Part shown: positions 15,989 to 26,083 of the stretch, piece by piece
Layout of the letters: each line of letters begins with the position of its first letter
Position numbering within the stretch: the first letter of the stretch is position 1
Origin: Nitrosopumilus sp.
GTDB lineage: Archaea > Thermoproteota > Nitrososphaeria > Nitrososphaerales > Nitrosopumilaceae
Direction of reading: 5' to 3'
Length of the DNA: 64,000 nucleotides
Assembly (NCBI GenBank): GCA_965249555.1
Contig: OZ252243.1
Coordinates: forward strand, 1,120,001-1,184,000
Notes under the pieces: generated by a model
Databases searched by the model: none
What the model saw: the letters and a program-made list of their open reading frames with translations, nothing else
What the model was told of the DNA's origin: nothing
Program-made: the position numbers and the translations under genes

Positions 15989-17582
15989 GACAGACATATC
16001 AAAAAATAATTTAGTTACAGTATTTTCAAAAGTGACAGCACCTCTTTGTTTACTCGGTGGTTGGGCTGTTTACTTGACTGTAAATGTAAATTACAAAAAT
16101 GACAAAGGAAGAGACTATCATGGTTCAAAAGATATTGATTTAGGATTTCATTTTGAAAAAAATGAATCTAAAGAATCGTTGATAAATTCAGCATTTAATC
16201 AATCTATCAAAGCATTAGAAGAAATTGGATTTTACTCAGTTAGTTTTCGATTAGTTCAACACTATCATAGAGAAACCCAAAAGGCACTAACACCAGAACA
16301 AGCAAAAAAAGTTCCTCTCTATGACCTATTTGATTTGTATGTAGATCCTATGGTAGATAATATCCCTGACAACATTCATGATGTTTTGGGAGTTACACCT
16401 CCAGACGAAAAGCTATTAGGATTAGTATTTGAAAAAGGAGCATTTATTGAAATAGAAGAATTTGGAGTAAAAATTAGACTTCCAAAACCAGAAGTACTCC
16501 TTGCTACCAAACTCATATCATTACCAAGAAGAACAAAAGATCATAAAAAATTGAAAGACATTGCTGATATCTATGCTCTAATGTGGTATTCAGGCATAAA
16601 ACTAGAGGAAATAAAGTCAGAAGTATTGAAATTATTATCTCAAAAAGATGTAGAAAAGGCATTTTCAGGAATTGAGAATTCTGATTATAAAACAGCCTCA
16701 GAAGCTATTGGAGTGGAATTAGATGAAATGAAAAATGTGATTAATAGTTTTATAGCGAAAACCAGGCTAAAAAATATGAGCAAAGAAAAAGATGAAGATG
16801 TGAATGAAGAGAAATGGAGAATTCCATTTAACATAGGATATGATAAATTTACGTTAATTAACAAAGCACTATATCAACAACAAGCAGATTCTAAACCTGT
16901 TTCTGTAAAAAAACTCATTTCACTTACATCATTAAACAGAGCAAGTTTAGGTGTAAATATATCATTTTTAAAATCAGTGGGGATAGTTGAGGAATCAGAA
17001 TTGCGTAAATACAAACTCACTACTCCTCTTGGAAGAGACTATGGAAAAGCACACTTTTCAGAAGATAAAAAACTACTAAAATCAACATCTCTTCAACTAA
17101 TCGAAGATTCTCATCTAAGTTCATTATCAGATAAATTAAAACTAAATAAAAATATGGAATTAAAAGATTTTTATTCCTCTATCAAGACACTAGGAAGATT
17201 ATCTCCAGGTGGAGGAATTAGTGGAATGAGTGCACCATATGCAACTGGTGCAAGAACTTTGTTATTCATATTCAAAGATGCAGGTTTGATTCCAGAATCC
17301 ATTGAGATAGATGTTTCTGGACAACATATTGTAAAACAATCACAATCTAAAAAACAGACTCTTAAATCAAAATCTAGAAAAACATCAGTTGAACAAACTC
17401 CAACCCTTGTTAATGAAACAATTTCCACTTTAGGAAAATTAACTGTACAAGGCGTAGGAACTATTGAAATTAATGATAATGATACATTAGGAATAGCAGA
17501 AATGTATTTGAATTTACTTAAGAAGAAAATTCAAAGTAACAAATATTCAGAATCCAATAAAGAACCAGACTCTGCTGAATGA
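15969..17582 (+). CDS. AbiEii-like nucleotidyltransferase (putative toxin) with extra C-terminal wHTH-like domain
   Basis: LLGGWAV, SKDIDL, PEVLLATKL, KKLKDIADI; second half contains SFLKSVGIVEE...YKLT. Confidence 0.75.
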   Translation: MLYENYETDISKNNLVTVFSKVTAPLCLLGGWAVYLTVNVNYKNDKGRDYHGSKDIDLGFHFEKNESKESLINSAFNQSIKALEEIGFYSVSFRLVQHYHRETQKALTPEQAKKVPLYDLFDLYVDPMVDNIPDNIHDVLGVTPPDEKLLGLVFEKGAFIEIEEFGVKIRLPKPEVLLATKLISLPRRTKDHKKLKDIADIYALMWYSGIKLEEIKSEVLKLLSQKDVEKAFSGIENSDYKTASEAIGVELDEMKNVINSFIAKTRLKNMSKEKDEDVNEEKWRIPFNIGYDKFTLINKALYQQQADSKPVSVKKLISLTSLNRASLGVNISFLKSVGIVEESELRKYKLTTPLGRDYGKAHFSEDKKLLKSTSLQLIEDSHLSSLSDKLKLNKNMELKDFYSSIKTLGRLSPGGGISGMSAPYATGARTLLFIFKDAGLIPESIEIDVSGQHIVKQSQSKKQTLKSKSRKTSVEQTPTLVNETISTLGKLTVQGVGTIEINDNDTLGIAEMYLNLLKKKIQSNKYSESNKEPDSAE

Positions 17583-17656
17583 AATATAGAAATTCTATTT
17601 TGTATATGGAATAGGTTTGATTGTTTCAGAGTGGAAATAAGACTAATTCTCAATAA

Positions 17657-17999
17657 TTACTCGTGTTTCCAAAAAAATAATGTACCCCCATCATACCATT
17701 TTGGATACCAACCTCTTTCTTCTAACCAACTGAAAATTTTTCTGTGAATACCATCAACATACATCGTGTTTACATTCAATTCTCCAAATTTTTTATCCCC
17801 TAACCCATGAACGTGGAAAATCACCATATTCTACACTATGATCAAATGGAGAAAGTCCTTTGAATATCCAATCAGTATCTCCACAAGTCCAAATCCCTCC
17901 TTTTTCACCATTATAGTCTTCAGAGGTTTTCATAAAGTCTATCTCAGTCACTAATTCTTGCATTCCATTCATGATTTGATTTCTTGTCCACTGTCTCAT
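17657..17999 (-). pseudogene. Split hypothetical (phage-like) gene
   Basis: ORF 17793..17999 continues in another frame as KFGELNVNTMYVDGIHRKIFSWLEERGWYPKWYDGGTLFFWKHE* ending at 17657. Confidence 0.55.
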
Positions 18000-18006
18000 A
18001 GATTAA

Positions 18007-18787
18007 ATGATTTTTTTTCAAACAAAAACTTTTCAGAAAATTTTAGAAACTATTGACAAAGAATATGATCATTCAAATTATAAATTAGCTGTGAACAACG
18101 AATCCAAAACTCTTCCAACATCTTGGGAATTTATTAAAATTGGGAGAGTAGAAAAATTTGTTGGTAGTGGAGTAACTCCAAAAGGGGGAAAATCTGTCTA
18201 TCAAGATCATGGAATTCCTTTTATTAGAAGCCAAAATGTTCACCCTGATGGATTACACCTAGAAAATATAGTATATGTTGACGAAGAATTACATAATTCA
18301 ATGTATGGAAGTCACATTCAAGATGGTGATGTTTTATTAAACATTACAGGTTGTATCTATAGGAAGATCTACTGTCATTCCAAATAATTTTGGTCTTGCA
18401 AATGTAAATCAACATGTTTGCATAATTCGCTGTCATTCAAAAATCTATCCAAAATTTCTTAGTAATTGGCTAAATTCTCCAAAATGTCAAGAATCAATTT
18501 TTTCTATGCAACAAGGACAAACTAGAGAAGCACTAAACTACGCACAAATTAGGGAAATATTGTTTCCAATATGTTCTCTTGAAGAACAAAAAGAAATCAT
18601 ATCTAGAATAGAACAAGGTTTTTCACTAATTGAAAACACTGAAAAAATTACTAACTTAATGTTGTCACAACTTGACATTTTAAAATCAAGTATTCTAACT
18701 CTAGCATTTGAAGGAAAATTAGTTTCTCAAGATCCAAATGATAAATCAGCAAAAAAATTACTAAAACTAATCAAAGTAAAAAAATAA
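18007..18787 (+). pseudogene. hsdS: Type I RM specificity subunit HsdS fragment (single TRD, frameshifted ~18351)
   Basis: LPTSWEF...GSGVTPKGG...IPFIRSQNV...GDVLLNITG / SIGRS...ANVNQHVCIIR...SLEEQKEII...SILTLAFEGKLVSQDPND. Confidence 0.85.
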
Positions 18788-18927
18788 TCTTAGAAAAACT
18801 AAACAACAAAAAATCAATGTCTTTTTTACTAAATTTATAGATCTGAACAATTCGTGCTTGAATATGTTTAACAAACTAGACACAATACCTCAATGATTTA
18901 TAAGACGATTCTCAATTTTTTCACTTT

Positions 18928-19380
18928 ATGGCAAAGGTGTATGATGTACCAGCAGACGTATTGATAGGAAGACTAGCAAATATTCTAAAGAATGAAGATA
19001 TTCCTGCACCTTCATGGATTCCATTTGTCAAAACTGGAGCTCATGCTGATAAACCACCTCAAGACAGAGAATGGTGGTATGCTAGATGTGCATCATTGAT
19101 GAGAAAAATTTACCTTAATGGTCCTATTGGAATTAATGAATTAAGAAATGATTATGGTGGTGGTAGACCATCAGGATACGGAGCTGCACACCACAAAGAT
19201 GCTAGTGGCGCAATTATTCGTAATGCCATTCACGGATTAGAAAAACTTGGTTATGTAGAAAAAGTTGAGAAGAAAGGCCGTATTATTTCCAAACAAGGAA
19301 TGCAAAAACTAGATAGACTAGCAACAGAAATTCTTAAAGAACTAATTGTAGAAAATCCTCAATTGAAAGTATACTCTTAG
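18928..19380 (+). CDS. rps19e: 30S ribosomal protein S19e
   Basis: PSWIPFVKTG...PPQDREWWYARCASLMRKIY. Confidence 0.97.
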   Translation: MAKVYDVPADVLIGRLANILKNEDIPAPSWIPFVKTGAHADKPPQDREWWYARCASLMRKIYLNGPIGINELRNDYGGGRPSGYGAAHHKDASGAIIRNAIHGLEKLGYVEKVEKKGRIISKQGMQKLDRLATEILKELIVENPQLKVYS

Positions 19381-19387
19381 ATTTAAA

Positions 19388-19735
19388 ATGAGTTTTCCAA
19401 ATTCGGATGAACCAGAATATCATGGGCATTCTCATAATGATGGAACAGAACCTCATTCTCATGATGGAACAGAACCTCATGAACATTCACATAGTGAGAC
19501 AGAAATTTCAGCACAAAAAGATCAGATTCTAAAACAAATTCTTACATCAGAAGCTAGATCACGATTAAACAATATCAAAATGGTAAAACCAGAATTATCA
19601 AATCTTGTAGAACAATATCTTATCGGAATGGCAACTCAAAGAAAAATTCCAGGTCAGATAACTGATGATCAACTAAAGCAAATATTACTCTCTATTCAGC
19701 AACCAAAACGTGATTTTAAGATGAGTAGAAGATGA
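19388..19735 (+). CDS. PDCD5-like DNA-binding protein with His-rich N-terminus
   Basis: ILKQILTSEARSRLNNIKMVKPE; usual position after rps19e. Confidence 0.9.
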   Translation: MSFPNSDEPEYHGHSHNDGTEPHSHDGTEPHEHSHSETEISAQKDQILKQILTSEARSRLNNIKMVKPELSNLVEQYLIGMATQRKIPGQITDDQLKQILLSIQQPKRDFKMSRR

Positions 19736-19776
19736 TCCCAATAAAATATAATTATGGGTCATAACTCGGTTTAGTC

Positions 19777-20853
19777 ATGAAAGCCGTTGTATACACTGAA
19801 TACGCACCAGATGATAATTTTGCTAAAATCCTCAAAGTCCAGGATATAGATGATCCAAAACCAAAAGCAGATGAAGTAGTTTTTGAAGTTAAATCTGCTG
19901 CAATAAATTTTAATGATATTTGGGGAATGAGAGGAAATCCAGTTCCTGTTCCATTACCACACGTATCAGGATCTGATGCAGCAGGAGATGTAATTGCAGT
20001 AGGTGATGATGTTAAAAATATCAAAGTTGGAGACAAAGTAGTTTCTCATTCTAACATGTCATGCAGAGTTTGTAAAGCATGTACTGATGGTAGAGAATTT
20101 GATTGTCTTAAAAGAACTATTTGGGGATTCCAGACTGGTCCAACATGGGGAGCATTTTCTGAGATTACTCATCTACCAGAAGTTAATGTAGCAAAAATTC
20201 CAGAAGGACTATCATATGATCAAGCAGCTGCTGCATCAATGACTTTACTGACATCATGGCATATGTTAGTTGGAAGAGCCAAAATTACACCAGGACAAAC
20301 TGTCCTGATTATGGGTGGTGGTTCTGGAGTAGGCAGCTTTGGTATTCAAATTGCAAAACTATACAATTGTGATGTTATTGCAACAGCAAGTCCAAATAAA
20401 CTAGATAAATGTCTAGAACTTGGAGCAGATTATGCAGTAGACCATAGAAAAGAAGACTGGCATAAAGAAGTTAGAGCAATTACAAAAGAGATAGCAAAGA
20501 AGAAAGGTGAAGCACCAGGAATTGATGTCTCCTTTGATCACATTGGTGAGACGCACTGGAACAAACAACTAACCTTACTCAAATATGGTGCAACCCTTGT
20601 TTCATGTGGTGCAACAACTGGATACAATGCCCAAACTGATCTAAGACATGTCTTCTTTAAAGGAACTAATATCTTAGGTTCAACGCAAGGAACCAAAGCT
20701 GAATTAGAACAAGGTCTTTACTGGATGGGTCAAGGTAAAATCAAAGCAATAATTGATTCAACCAATACATTTGAAGAAGCAGCAGAGGCTCACACAAAGA
20801 TGTTAACTGGAAACCTCTTTGGCAAAGTCTTACTGAAGCCAGAGGGCGTTTAG
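19777..20853 (+). CDS. Zn-binding medium-chain dehydrogenase/reductase
   Basis: SGSDAAG, CRVCKACTDGREFDC structural Zn site, GGGSGVG. Confidence 0.9.
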   Translation: MKAVVYTEYAPDDNFAKILKVQDIDDPKPKADEVVFEVKSAAINFNDIWGMRGNPVPVPLPHVSGSDAAGDVIAVGDDVKNIKVGDKVVSHSNMSCRVCKACTDGREFDCLKRTIWGFQTGPTWGAFSEITHLPEVNVAKIPEGLSYDQAAAASMTLLTSWHMLVGRAKITPGQTVLIMGGGSGVGSFGIQIAKLYNCDVIATASPNKLDKCLELGADYAVDHRKEDWHKEVRAITKEIAKKKGEAPGIDVSFDHIGETHWNKQLTLLKYGATLVSCGATTGYNAQTDLRHVFFKGTNILGSTQGTKAELEQGLYWMGQGKIKAIIDSTNTFEEAAEAHTKMLTGNLFGKVLLKPEGV

Positions 20854-20860
20854 TCATTTA

Positions 20861-21718
20861 ATGACACAGCTTTTTCGTAGTCTCATTTTTGTTCCCGGAA
20901 ATAATTCAAGATTTCTTGAAAAAGCAAAAAAACTACAGGCTGATATTGTATGTTTTGATCTAGAAGATTCTGTTCCAGATGATGAAAAGGCTAATGCAAG
21001 GAAACTAATCAAATCTGCATTAAAATCTCATAAATCATACGAACCTTCAATTTTTGTTCGTACTAATTCTCCATCATCTGGAAAAATTCCTTCTGATCTT
21101 AAAGAAGTAGTTCAAACAGGCATTGATGGAATTGTCATTCCCAAAGTAAACAATATCAAAGATTTGAAAAAAATTGAAAAAATTCTATCATTATTAGAAA
21201 AGACCAGAAAGCTAAAACCAATTCAAATAATTCCTTCTATCGAGTCTGCGGAAGGTGTGGTTAACACATTCAGTATTGCATCTTTTGGAAAAAGAGTTTC
21301 TGCAGTAGTTTTTGGTGTTTTTGATTTGTTAAATGATTTAGGAGTTGAATACACAAAAGAATCAGAAGGAGCCAAGTATTCGAGAGCCAAAATTCCTGTT
21401 GATGCACATGCAGCTGGAATTGTAGCAATAGATGCAATTTGGCAAGATCTTAAAGATTCTAATGGATTAGAAAAAGATTGCAAAATTGGCAAAAGCCTTG
21501 GGTATTCTGGAAAAAGTATCATACATCCAGATCAAATTCCTGTTGTACACAAATTATTTCATCCAAACAAAAGTGAAATTTTGTGGGCAGAGAAAGTCTG
21601 TAAAATCTATCTCAAGTCAACAAAGAAAGGAAAAGGTGCTACAACAGTTGATGGAAAAATGATAGATGAGGTACATTTCAAGCAAGCAAAAGCGCTTCTT
21701 GAACTTGTAAAACAATAA
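20861..21718 (+). CDS. CitE/HpcH-family CoA ester lyase
   Basis: RSLIFVPG, FDLEDSV, IESAEG, GKSIIHPDQI. Confidence 0.92.
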   Translation: MTQLFRSLIFVPGNNSRFLEKAKKLQADIVCFDLEDSVPDDEKANARKLIKSALKSHKSYEPSIFVRTNSPSSGKIPSDLKEVVQTGIDGIVIPKVNNIKDLKKIEKILSLLEKTRKLKPIQIIPSIESAEGVVNTFSIASFGKRVSAVVFGVFDLLNDLGVEYTKESEGAKYSRAKIPVDAHAAGIVAIDAIWQDLKDSNGLEKDCKIGKSLGYSGKSIIHPDQIPVVHKLFHPNKSEILWAEKVCKIYLKSTKKGKGATTVDGKMIDEVHFKQAKALLELVKQ

Positions 21719-21736
21719 TTTCCATCTAGTTTAATT

Positions 21737-22330
21737 CTAGGTTAATACTTCAATAACTGATTTCATACTAGTACTTTTCTCAAACATTTTTTTAGAGATA
21801 ATTCCAGCAACTATAATTTTTTCTTTTTTAATATCTAGTTTAATTTCTTGAAAAACACATTGAAGCTTAGAAATCTTTTTACTTTCACCAAGTATTTTTC
21901 CTGATTCTATAATTAATCCATCAAGTATAAGATTTTCAACTTTTCTATATCCTGAAGTTTTAGGAACTTTAGATTCTTCAAGTATCTGTGGAATTGTATA
22001 TTCATTTTCTAAAAGAGCTGAAATAATTTTCCTTGTTTCTGCTTCACTAAATAGTTCTAAAAGTATTAACTATAGTTACATGATTACTTATCATCTCTTT
22101 TTTTTACTTTAATAATTTTATCAATACAATTTTTTTCAAATCTTTTTACATCTATATGGGAATTTTTTTTAAGTGTATTTGTAAATTTTTGAAAATGTTC
22201 AATTGAAAGTTTTATTGACATTCCATGATCTAAAAATAATTCCCGTTCAACTTTCTTTAACGTATCTAAATCCATTTTTTTTAATTTCCTTAGATAGTAC
22301 ATCTGAAATTAATTTATCAATACCTCCCAT
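21737..22330 (-). pseudogene. Disrupted wHTH transcription regulator
   Basis: MGGIDKLISDVLSKEIKK / MDLDTLKK...DDK* / ILLELFSEAETRKII...KTSGYRKVENLILDGLI; frameshift plus stop. Confidence 0.7.
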
Positions 22331-22346
22331 GTAACAATTCTAAATA

Positions 22347-22571
22347 ATGGAAAATATCAAAGCACTGCTTTTTTTACTATATTTAGAGATGCCTAATGGC
22401 AGTGGATTTTATGCTATTAAAAAAATTCAAGGAATTGATCCCAAAGCAAAAATTATTGCAATTACAGCAGATGGAAGTTACTCTATTGAAGAAAAATTAG
22501 AAAAGCTTCAGATACCTCTAATTCACAAACCATTCAAAATGGATCAAGTAATTTCTATTATTCATAGTTAA
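22347..22571 (+). pseudogene. Truncated response-regulator receiver domain
   Basis: LYLEMPNGSG (phospho-Asp replaced by Tyr), IIAITAD, HKPF; N-terminal half missing. Confidence 0.7.
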
Positions 22572-22633
22572 ACTGTTCCCATTTTTGGAACTTGTCATAA
22601 AATGTTATATTACAAACTTCATATAACTAATGC

Positions 22634-22771
22634 ATGAGTAAACGTGTTACAATTATGATCGACGAAGATCCTGACAAGAAACTCAGACAAGCAAAGCTGA
22701 TTTCACAAGAACAGTCATCATATAGTTATTCTAGAGTACTGAATGAAACACTTTGCAAGTCTTTAAAATAA
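22634..22771 (+). CDS. Small ribbon-helix-helix-like protein (45 aa)
   Basis: Own translation MSKRVTIMIDEDPDKKLRQAKLISQEQSSYSYSRVLNETL. Confidence 0.6.
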   Translation: MSKRVTIMIDEDPDKKLRQAKLISQEQSSYSYSRVLNETLCKSLK

Positions 22772-22852
22772 TCAACAAAAAATATCTTTTTTCAAGAATT
22801 TCTCTTAGTAGAATATGTTATAGATAATGAATTTTTATAACATTATAGTGAG

Positions 22853-23557
22853 ATGATTGATCTTCCTGATCCTTCAAATGTAATTACTAGAATGTTTAAT
22901 TCTGGAAAATATGATGATATGTACAATTATTGCAAAAATTTACTGAAAAAAACCCCTAATGACATGGTTGCACTTCAAAATATTTCCCTATCTCTAATTT
23001 ATTTAAAAAAATATGAAGAATCTATTGTTTATTGTGATAAAGTTCTAGAAATAAAGAACTCAGATACCTATGCACTAAAAAATAAGATCCATGCTCTTGA
23101 AAATTTAAAGCAATATGAACAAGTTCTAAAACTATGTAAACAACTTCTTTCTAAAAATTCTAGAGATACCTGGGCTTTGAACAGTATGGGCTTGTCTCTA
23201 AATGAACTAAATCGACATCAAGACGCTCTTGAATATTATGACAAATCTCTTGAAATCGATCTAGATGATGTCACTGCTTTAATGAATAAGGCTATTTCTC
23301 TTAGTCATTTGGGTAACTATCAAGATGCAATAGACAATTACGATAAGGCCCAAACTATTGATTCAAGCTTAAAAGAAATACCTCTTGTAAAATCACAATT
23401 ATTTAAAAAATTAGGTATGGATGATGATGCATTTTTAGCCGCACAAGGTATACTCAACAAGGAAATGGAAAAAATCAAAATGGATGCTAAAAAAAATAAA
23501 TGTTCTGTTTTTCATCAACTATGTGAGAATGAGTTTGAAGAATATGATTCTAAATAA
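22853..23557 (+). CDS. TPR-repeat protein
   Basis: Repeated AL.N.G..L...A...YDKAL pattern. Confidence 0.88.
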   Translation: MIDLPDPSNVITRMFNSGKYDDMYNYCKNLLKKTPNDMVALQNISLSLIYLKKYEESIVYCDKVLEIKNSDTYALKNKIHALENLKQYEQVLKLCKQLLSKNSRDTWALNSMGLSLNELNRHQDALEYYDKSLEIDLDDVTALMNKAISLSHLGNYQDAIDNYDKAQTIDSSLKEIPLVKSQLFKKLGMDDDAFLAAQGILNKEMEKIKMDAKKNKCSVFHQLCENEFEEYDSK

Positions 23558-23586
23558 TTTTATACAAAGAATTCTAATAGTTTTCG

Positions 23587-24171
23587 ATGTTCACAGGAAT
23601 CATTGAAGGTATTGGCAAAGTAGAAAAGATTTCTAAAAATACAAAAAATAAAAGTGCTATTCAAATGACTGTAAATCTAGGAAAACATGTTAAGGGATTA
23701 AAAATTGGACAAAGTGTTGCCCTTAATGGCGTTTGTCTTACTGCAACAAAACTATCCAAATCAAGCTGTATTTTTGAAATGATTGAAGAAACTACAAAAA
23801 AAACAGATCTTGGAAATCTAAAAGTTGGTGGAATTGTAAACATTGAACGAAGTTTGAAAGCTGGTGATAGATTAGAAGGGCATTTTGTTTTAGGTCATGT
23901 TGATGGAGTAGGAATTATTAAAAAAATTATAAAAAAATCTAAAGAAGTTCAAATTTGGTTTGAAGTTCCTAAAAAACTATCAAAATATGTCGTGAAGAAA
24001 GGTTCTATTGCTGTAGATGGAATCAGTTTAACGGTTGTTGATATAAAAAATACTCTTGCATCAGTATCATTAATTCCTCACACCATTGAAGTTACAAATT
24101 TTCAAACCAAAAAAGTGGGCGACAAAGTTAATATTGAAACTGATATTCTCGGAAAATACATTCTAAAATAA
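23587..24171 (+). CDS. ribE: Riboflavin synthase (bacterial-type alpha chain)
   Basis: MFTGIIE N-terminus, GVCLT, GHFVLGHVDG, VNIETD. Confidence 0.95.
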   Translation: MFTGIIEGIGKVEKISKNTKNKSAIQMTVNLGKHVKGLKIGQSVALNGVCLTATKLSKSSCIFEMIEETTKKTDLGNLKVGGIVNIERSLKAGDRLEGHFVLGHVDGVGIIKKIIKKSKEVQIWFEVPKKLSKYVVKKGSIAVDGISLTVVDIKNTLASVSLIPHTIEVTNFQTKKVGDKVNIETDILGKYILK

Positions 24172-24243
24172 AGCCAATTATCTACAATTTTAGTGGTAAT
24201 TACTACTTTTTTAGTAAACTTTATAATTAGATTCTAAGAATTT

Positions 24244-24915
24244 TTGTATATGTATCTAGAACCTGCACTAGAATCTCTAAAACGTGGAGAGTTTGTTTTA
24301 TTGTTTGATTCAGCTGGACGAGAAAATGAAATTGACATGGTTGTAGCTGCAGAATTTGTTACACCTGAACATGTTGCAAGAATGCGTCAACATGCTGGTG
24401 GATTATTATGTATTGCATTAGATCATAATTTTGCAGCATCTCTTGAATTAAGATACATGCATGAAATTCTTTCTGATTCTCCAATATCTAACAAGGAGAT
24501 GATTATGGGTTTAGCACCTTATGGTGATCATCCAACTTTTTCATTGTCTGTAAATCATTATCAAACTTACACCGGAGTAACTGACAAAGATAGAGCATTA
24601 ACAATTCAAGAGATGGCAAAAATCTTTAATGTTGAAAACAAACAGAAAAAATTTGCATCATCTTTTAAAACTCCAGGTCATATTCCTTTATTGATAGCAT
24701 CTAAAGGGTTGCTTGCTGCACGTCAGGGACATACTGAAATGTCTGTTTATTTAACTCAAATAGCCGGATTGACACCAGTTACTGCAATTTGTGAGATGAT
24801 GGATGCTGAAACATATGCTGCATTATCTGTGGATAAAGCAGAACAATTTGCAAAACAAAATGCAATTCCATTGGTTGATGGAAAAGAACTTTTAGAATAC
24901 GCCAAGGTGCATTAG
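24244..24915 (+). CDS. ribB: 3,4-dihydroxy-2-butanone-4-phosphate synthase
   Basis: DSAGRENEIDM, PGH, RQGHTE, ICEM. Confidence 0.95.
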   Translation: MYMYLEPALESLKRGEFVLLFDSAGRENEIDMVVAAEFVTPEHVARMRQHAGGLLCIALDHNFAASLELRYMHEILSDSPISNKEMIMGLAPYGDHPTFSLSVNHYQTYTGVTDKDRALTIQEMAKIFNVENKQKKFASSFKTPGHIPLLIASKGLLAARQGHTEMSVYLTQIAGLTPVTAICEMMDAETYAALSVDKAEQFAKQNAIPLVDGKELLEYAKVH

Positions 24916-24917
24916 TT

Positions 24918-25334
24918 TTGAATATTGCTGTAGTGGTTTCGGAATTCAATGAAAAAGTGACATCTAGGATGCTTTCTGTAGCTCAAGAAAAAGCAAACTT
25001 GATGAAATTAAAAATAACTTATACGTGCAAGGTTCCTGGAGCCTTTGACATACCTATCATTGTAGATGCATTATTGAAGAAAAAAGATGTTGATGGTGTA
25101 GTCACTTTAGGCGCGATAATTAAGGGTCAAACAAAGCATGATGAGGTAATTTCCCACGTTGCGGCCAAATCCCTTTCTGACTTGTCCATAAAATACCAAA
25201 AACCTGTTTCTCTGGGAATATCTGGTCCTGGAATGCAAGAAAGGCATGCTTATGCTAGAATAAGACCTGTTGCAGAACGTGCAGTTGAAGCTGTTGTGGC
25301 AATCTCTAAAGAACTACAGAGGATCCAAAAATGA
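24918..25334 (+). CDS. ribH: 6,7-dimethyl-8-ribityllumazine synthase
   Basis: VSEFN, VPGAFDIP, LGAIIKGQTKHDE. Confidence 0.95.
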   Translation: MNIAVVVSEFNEKVTSRMLSVAQEKANLMKLKITYTCKVPGAFDIPIIVDALLKKKDVDGVVTLGAIIKGQTKHDEVISHVAAKSLSDLSIKYQKPVSLGISGPGMQERHAYARIRPVAERAVEAVVAISKELQRIQK

Positions 25335-26083
25335 TTCAACTTAGCATCTTGAAAATTAGTGGATATGGTTCTTGGACACTGACATTAGGAAGTGATAGAG
25401 AACATGAACTCCAAATGCTTCAAGCATCACTCTACAAAGAAGTGCAGAAATTATTTTCTGAAAAAAATTGCCTAGTTTTTCTTAATCGAGCAGATGAATT
25501 TTTTGTAGTCTCAAATGGACTTGAGTTGGATGATCATATTCAAATCCAAAAATCACTAGAAAAATCATTTGATGTACGTTTGACTATCTCAATCGGTTTT
25601 GGTCAATCTCCATTTGAAGCAAACTTAAAGGCTCATAACGGAAAGAAAAATGAAACCGTATTAAATAAGGAACATAATATTTTTGGTTTTGTTAATGGTA
25701 AATCTGATTCAAAAGTCTCAATCATGCATTTGGATGTAGATGATCTTACTTCAAAGGGACAAACTAGTTCTCCTTATGAAATTTCATCAATAATTTTTGC
25801 GTTATATTCAAAAATGTCAAAATTTTTTCTACAAAAAGATTCTCTTACCTTTTTTATGGGCGGTGATAACTTTATGGTAATTGCAAGTGATGATGCAAAA
25901 AAATCTGTCCAGAATTTTATTGACATAGTTAAAAGTGATGACAAAATTTCTTTGAATTGTGGAATTGGTAATGCATATACTGCTAGAGAAGCTGTAAAAC
26001 TAGCCACAAAATCTCTTGACACTATACGAGAAATTCGAGATTCAGGAAAAGAAAAACCTGAAGTTTATGAATTATCATGTTAA
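25331..26083 (+). CDS. gch3: GTP cyclohydrolase III
   Basis: GYGSWTLTLGSDREHELQMLQA, HLDVDD, FMGGDNF. Confidence 0.92.
   Translation: MIQLSILKISGYGSWTLTLGSDREHELQMLQASLYKEVQKLFSEKNCLVFLNRADEFFVVSNGLELDDHIQIQKSLEKSFDVRLTISIGFGQSPFEANLKAHNGKKNETVLNKEHNIFGFVNGKSDSKVSIMHLDVDDLTSKGQTSSPYEISSIIFALYSKMSKFFLQKDSLTFFMGGDNFMVIASDDAKKSVQNFIDIVKSDDKISLNCGIGNAYTAREAVKLATKSLDTIREIRDSGKEKPEVYELSC

Larger units (their letters stand above)
13270..18850. mobile_element. Decayed defence-like genomic island between rnp4 and rps19e (boundaries approximate)
   Basis: Contains RM fragments, DUF3800 gene with repeat array, TA pair and several frameshifted genes, and interrupts a housekeeping run; no integrase or att sites seen. 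Confidence 0.65.

Noticed and set aside
12831-18850. Integrative element inserted at tRNA-Gly
   Set aside because: rnp4 separates the tRNA from the island; I saw no duplicated tRNA 3' end and no integrase
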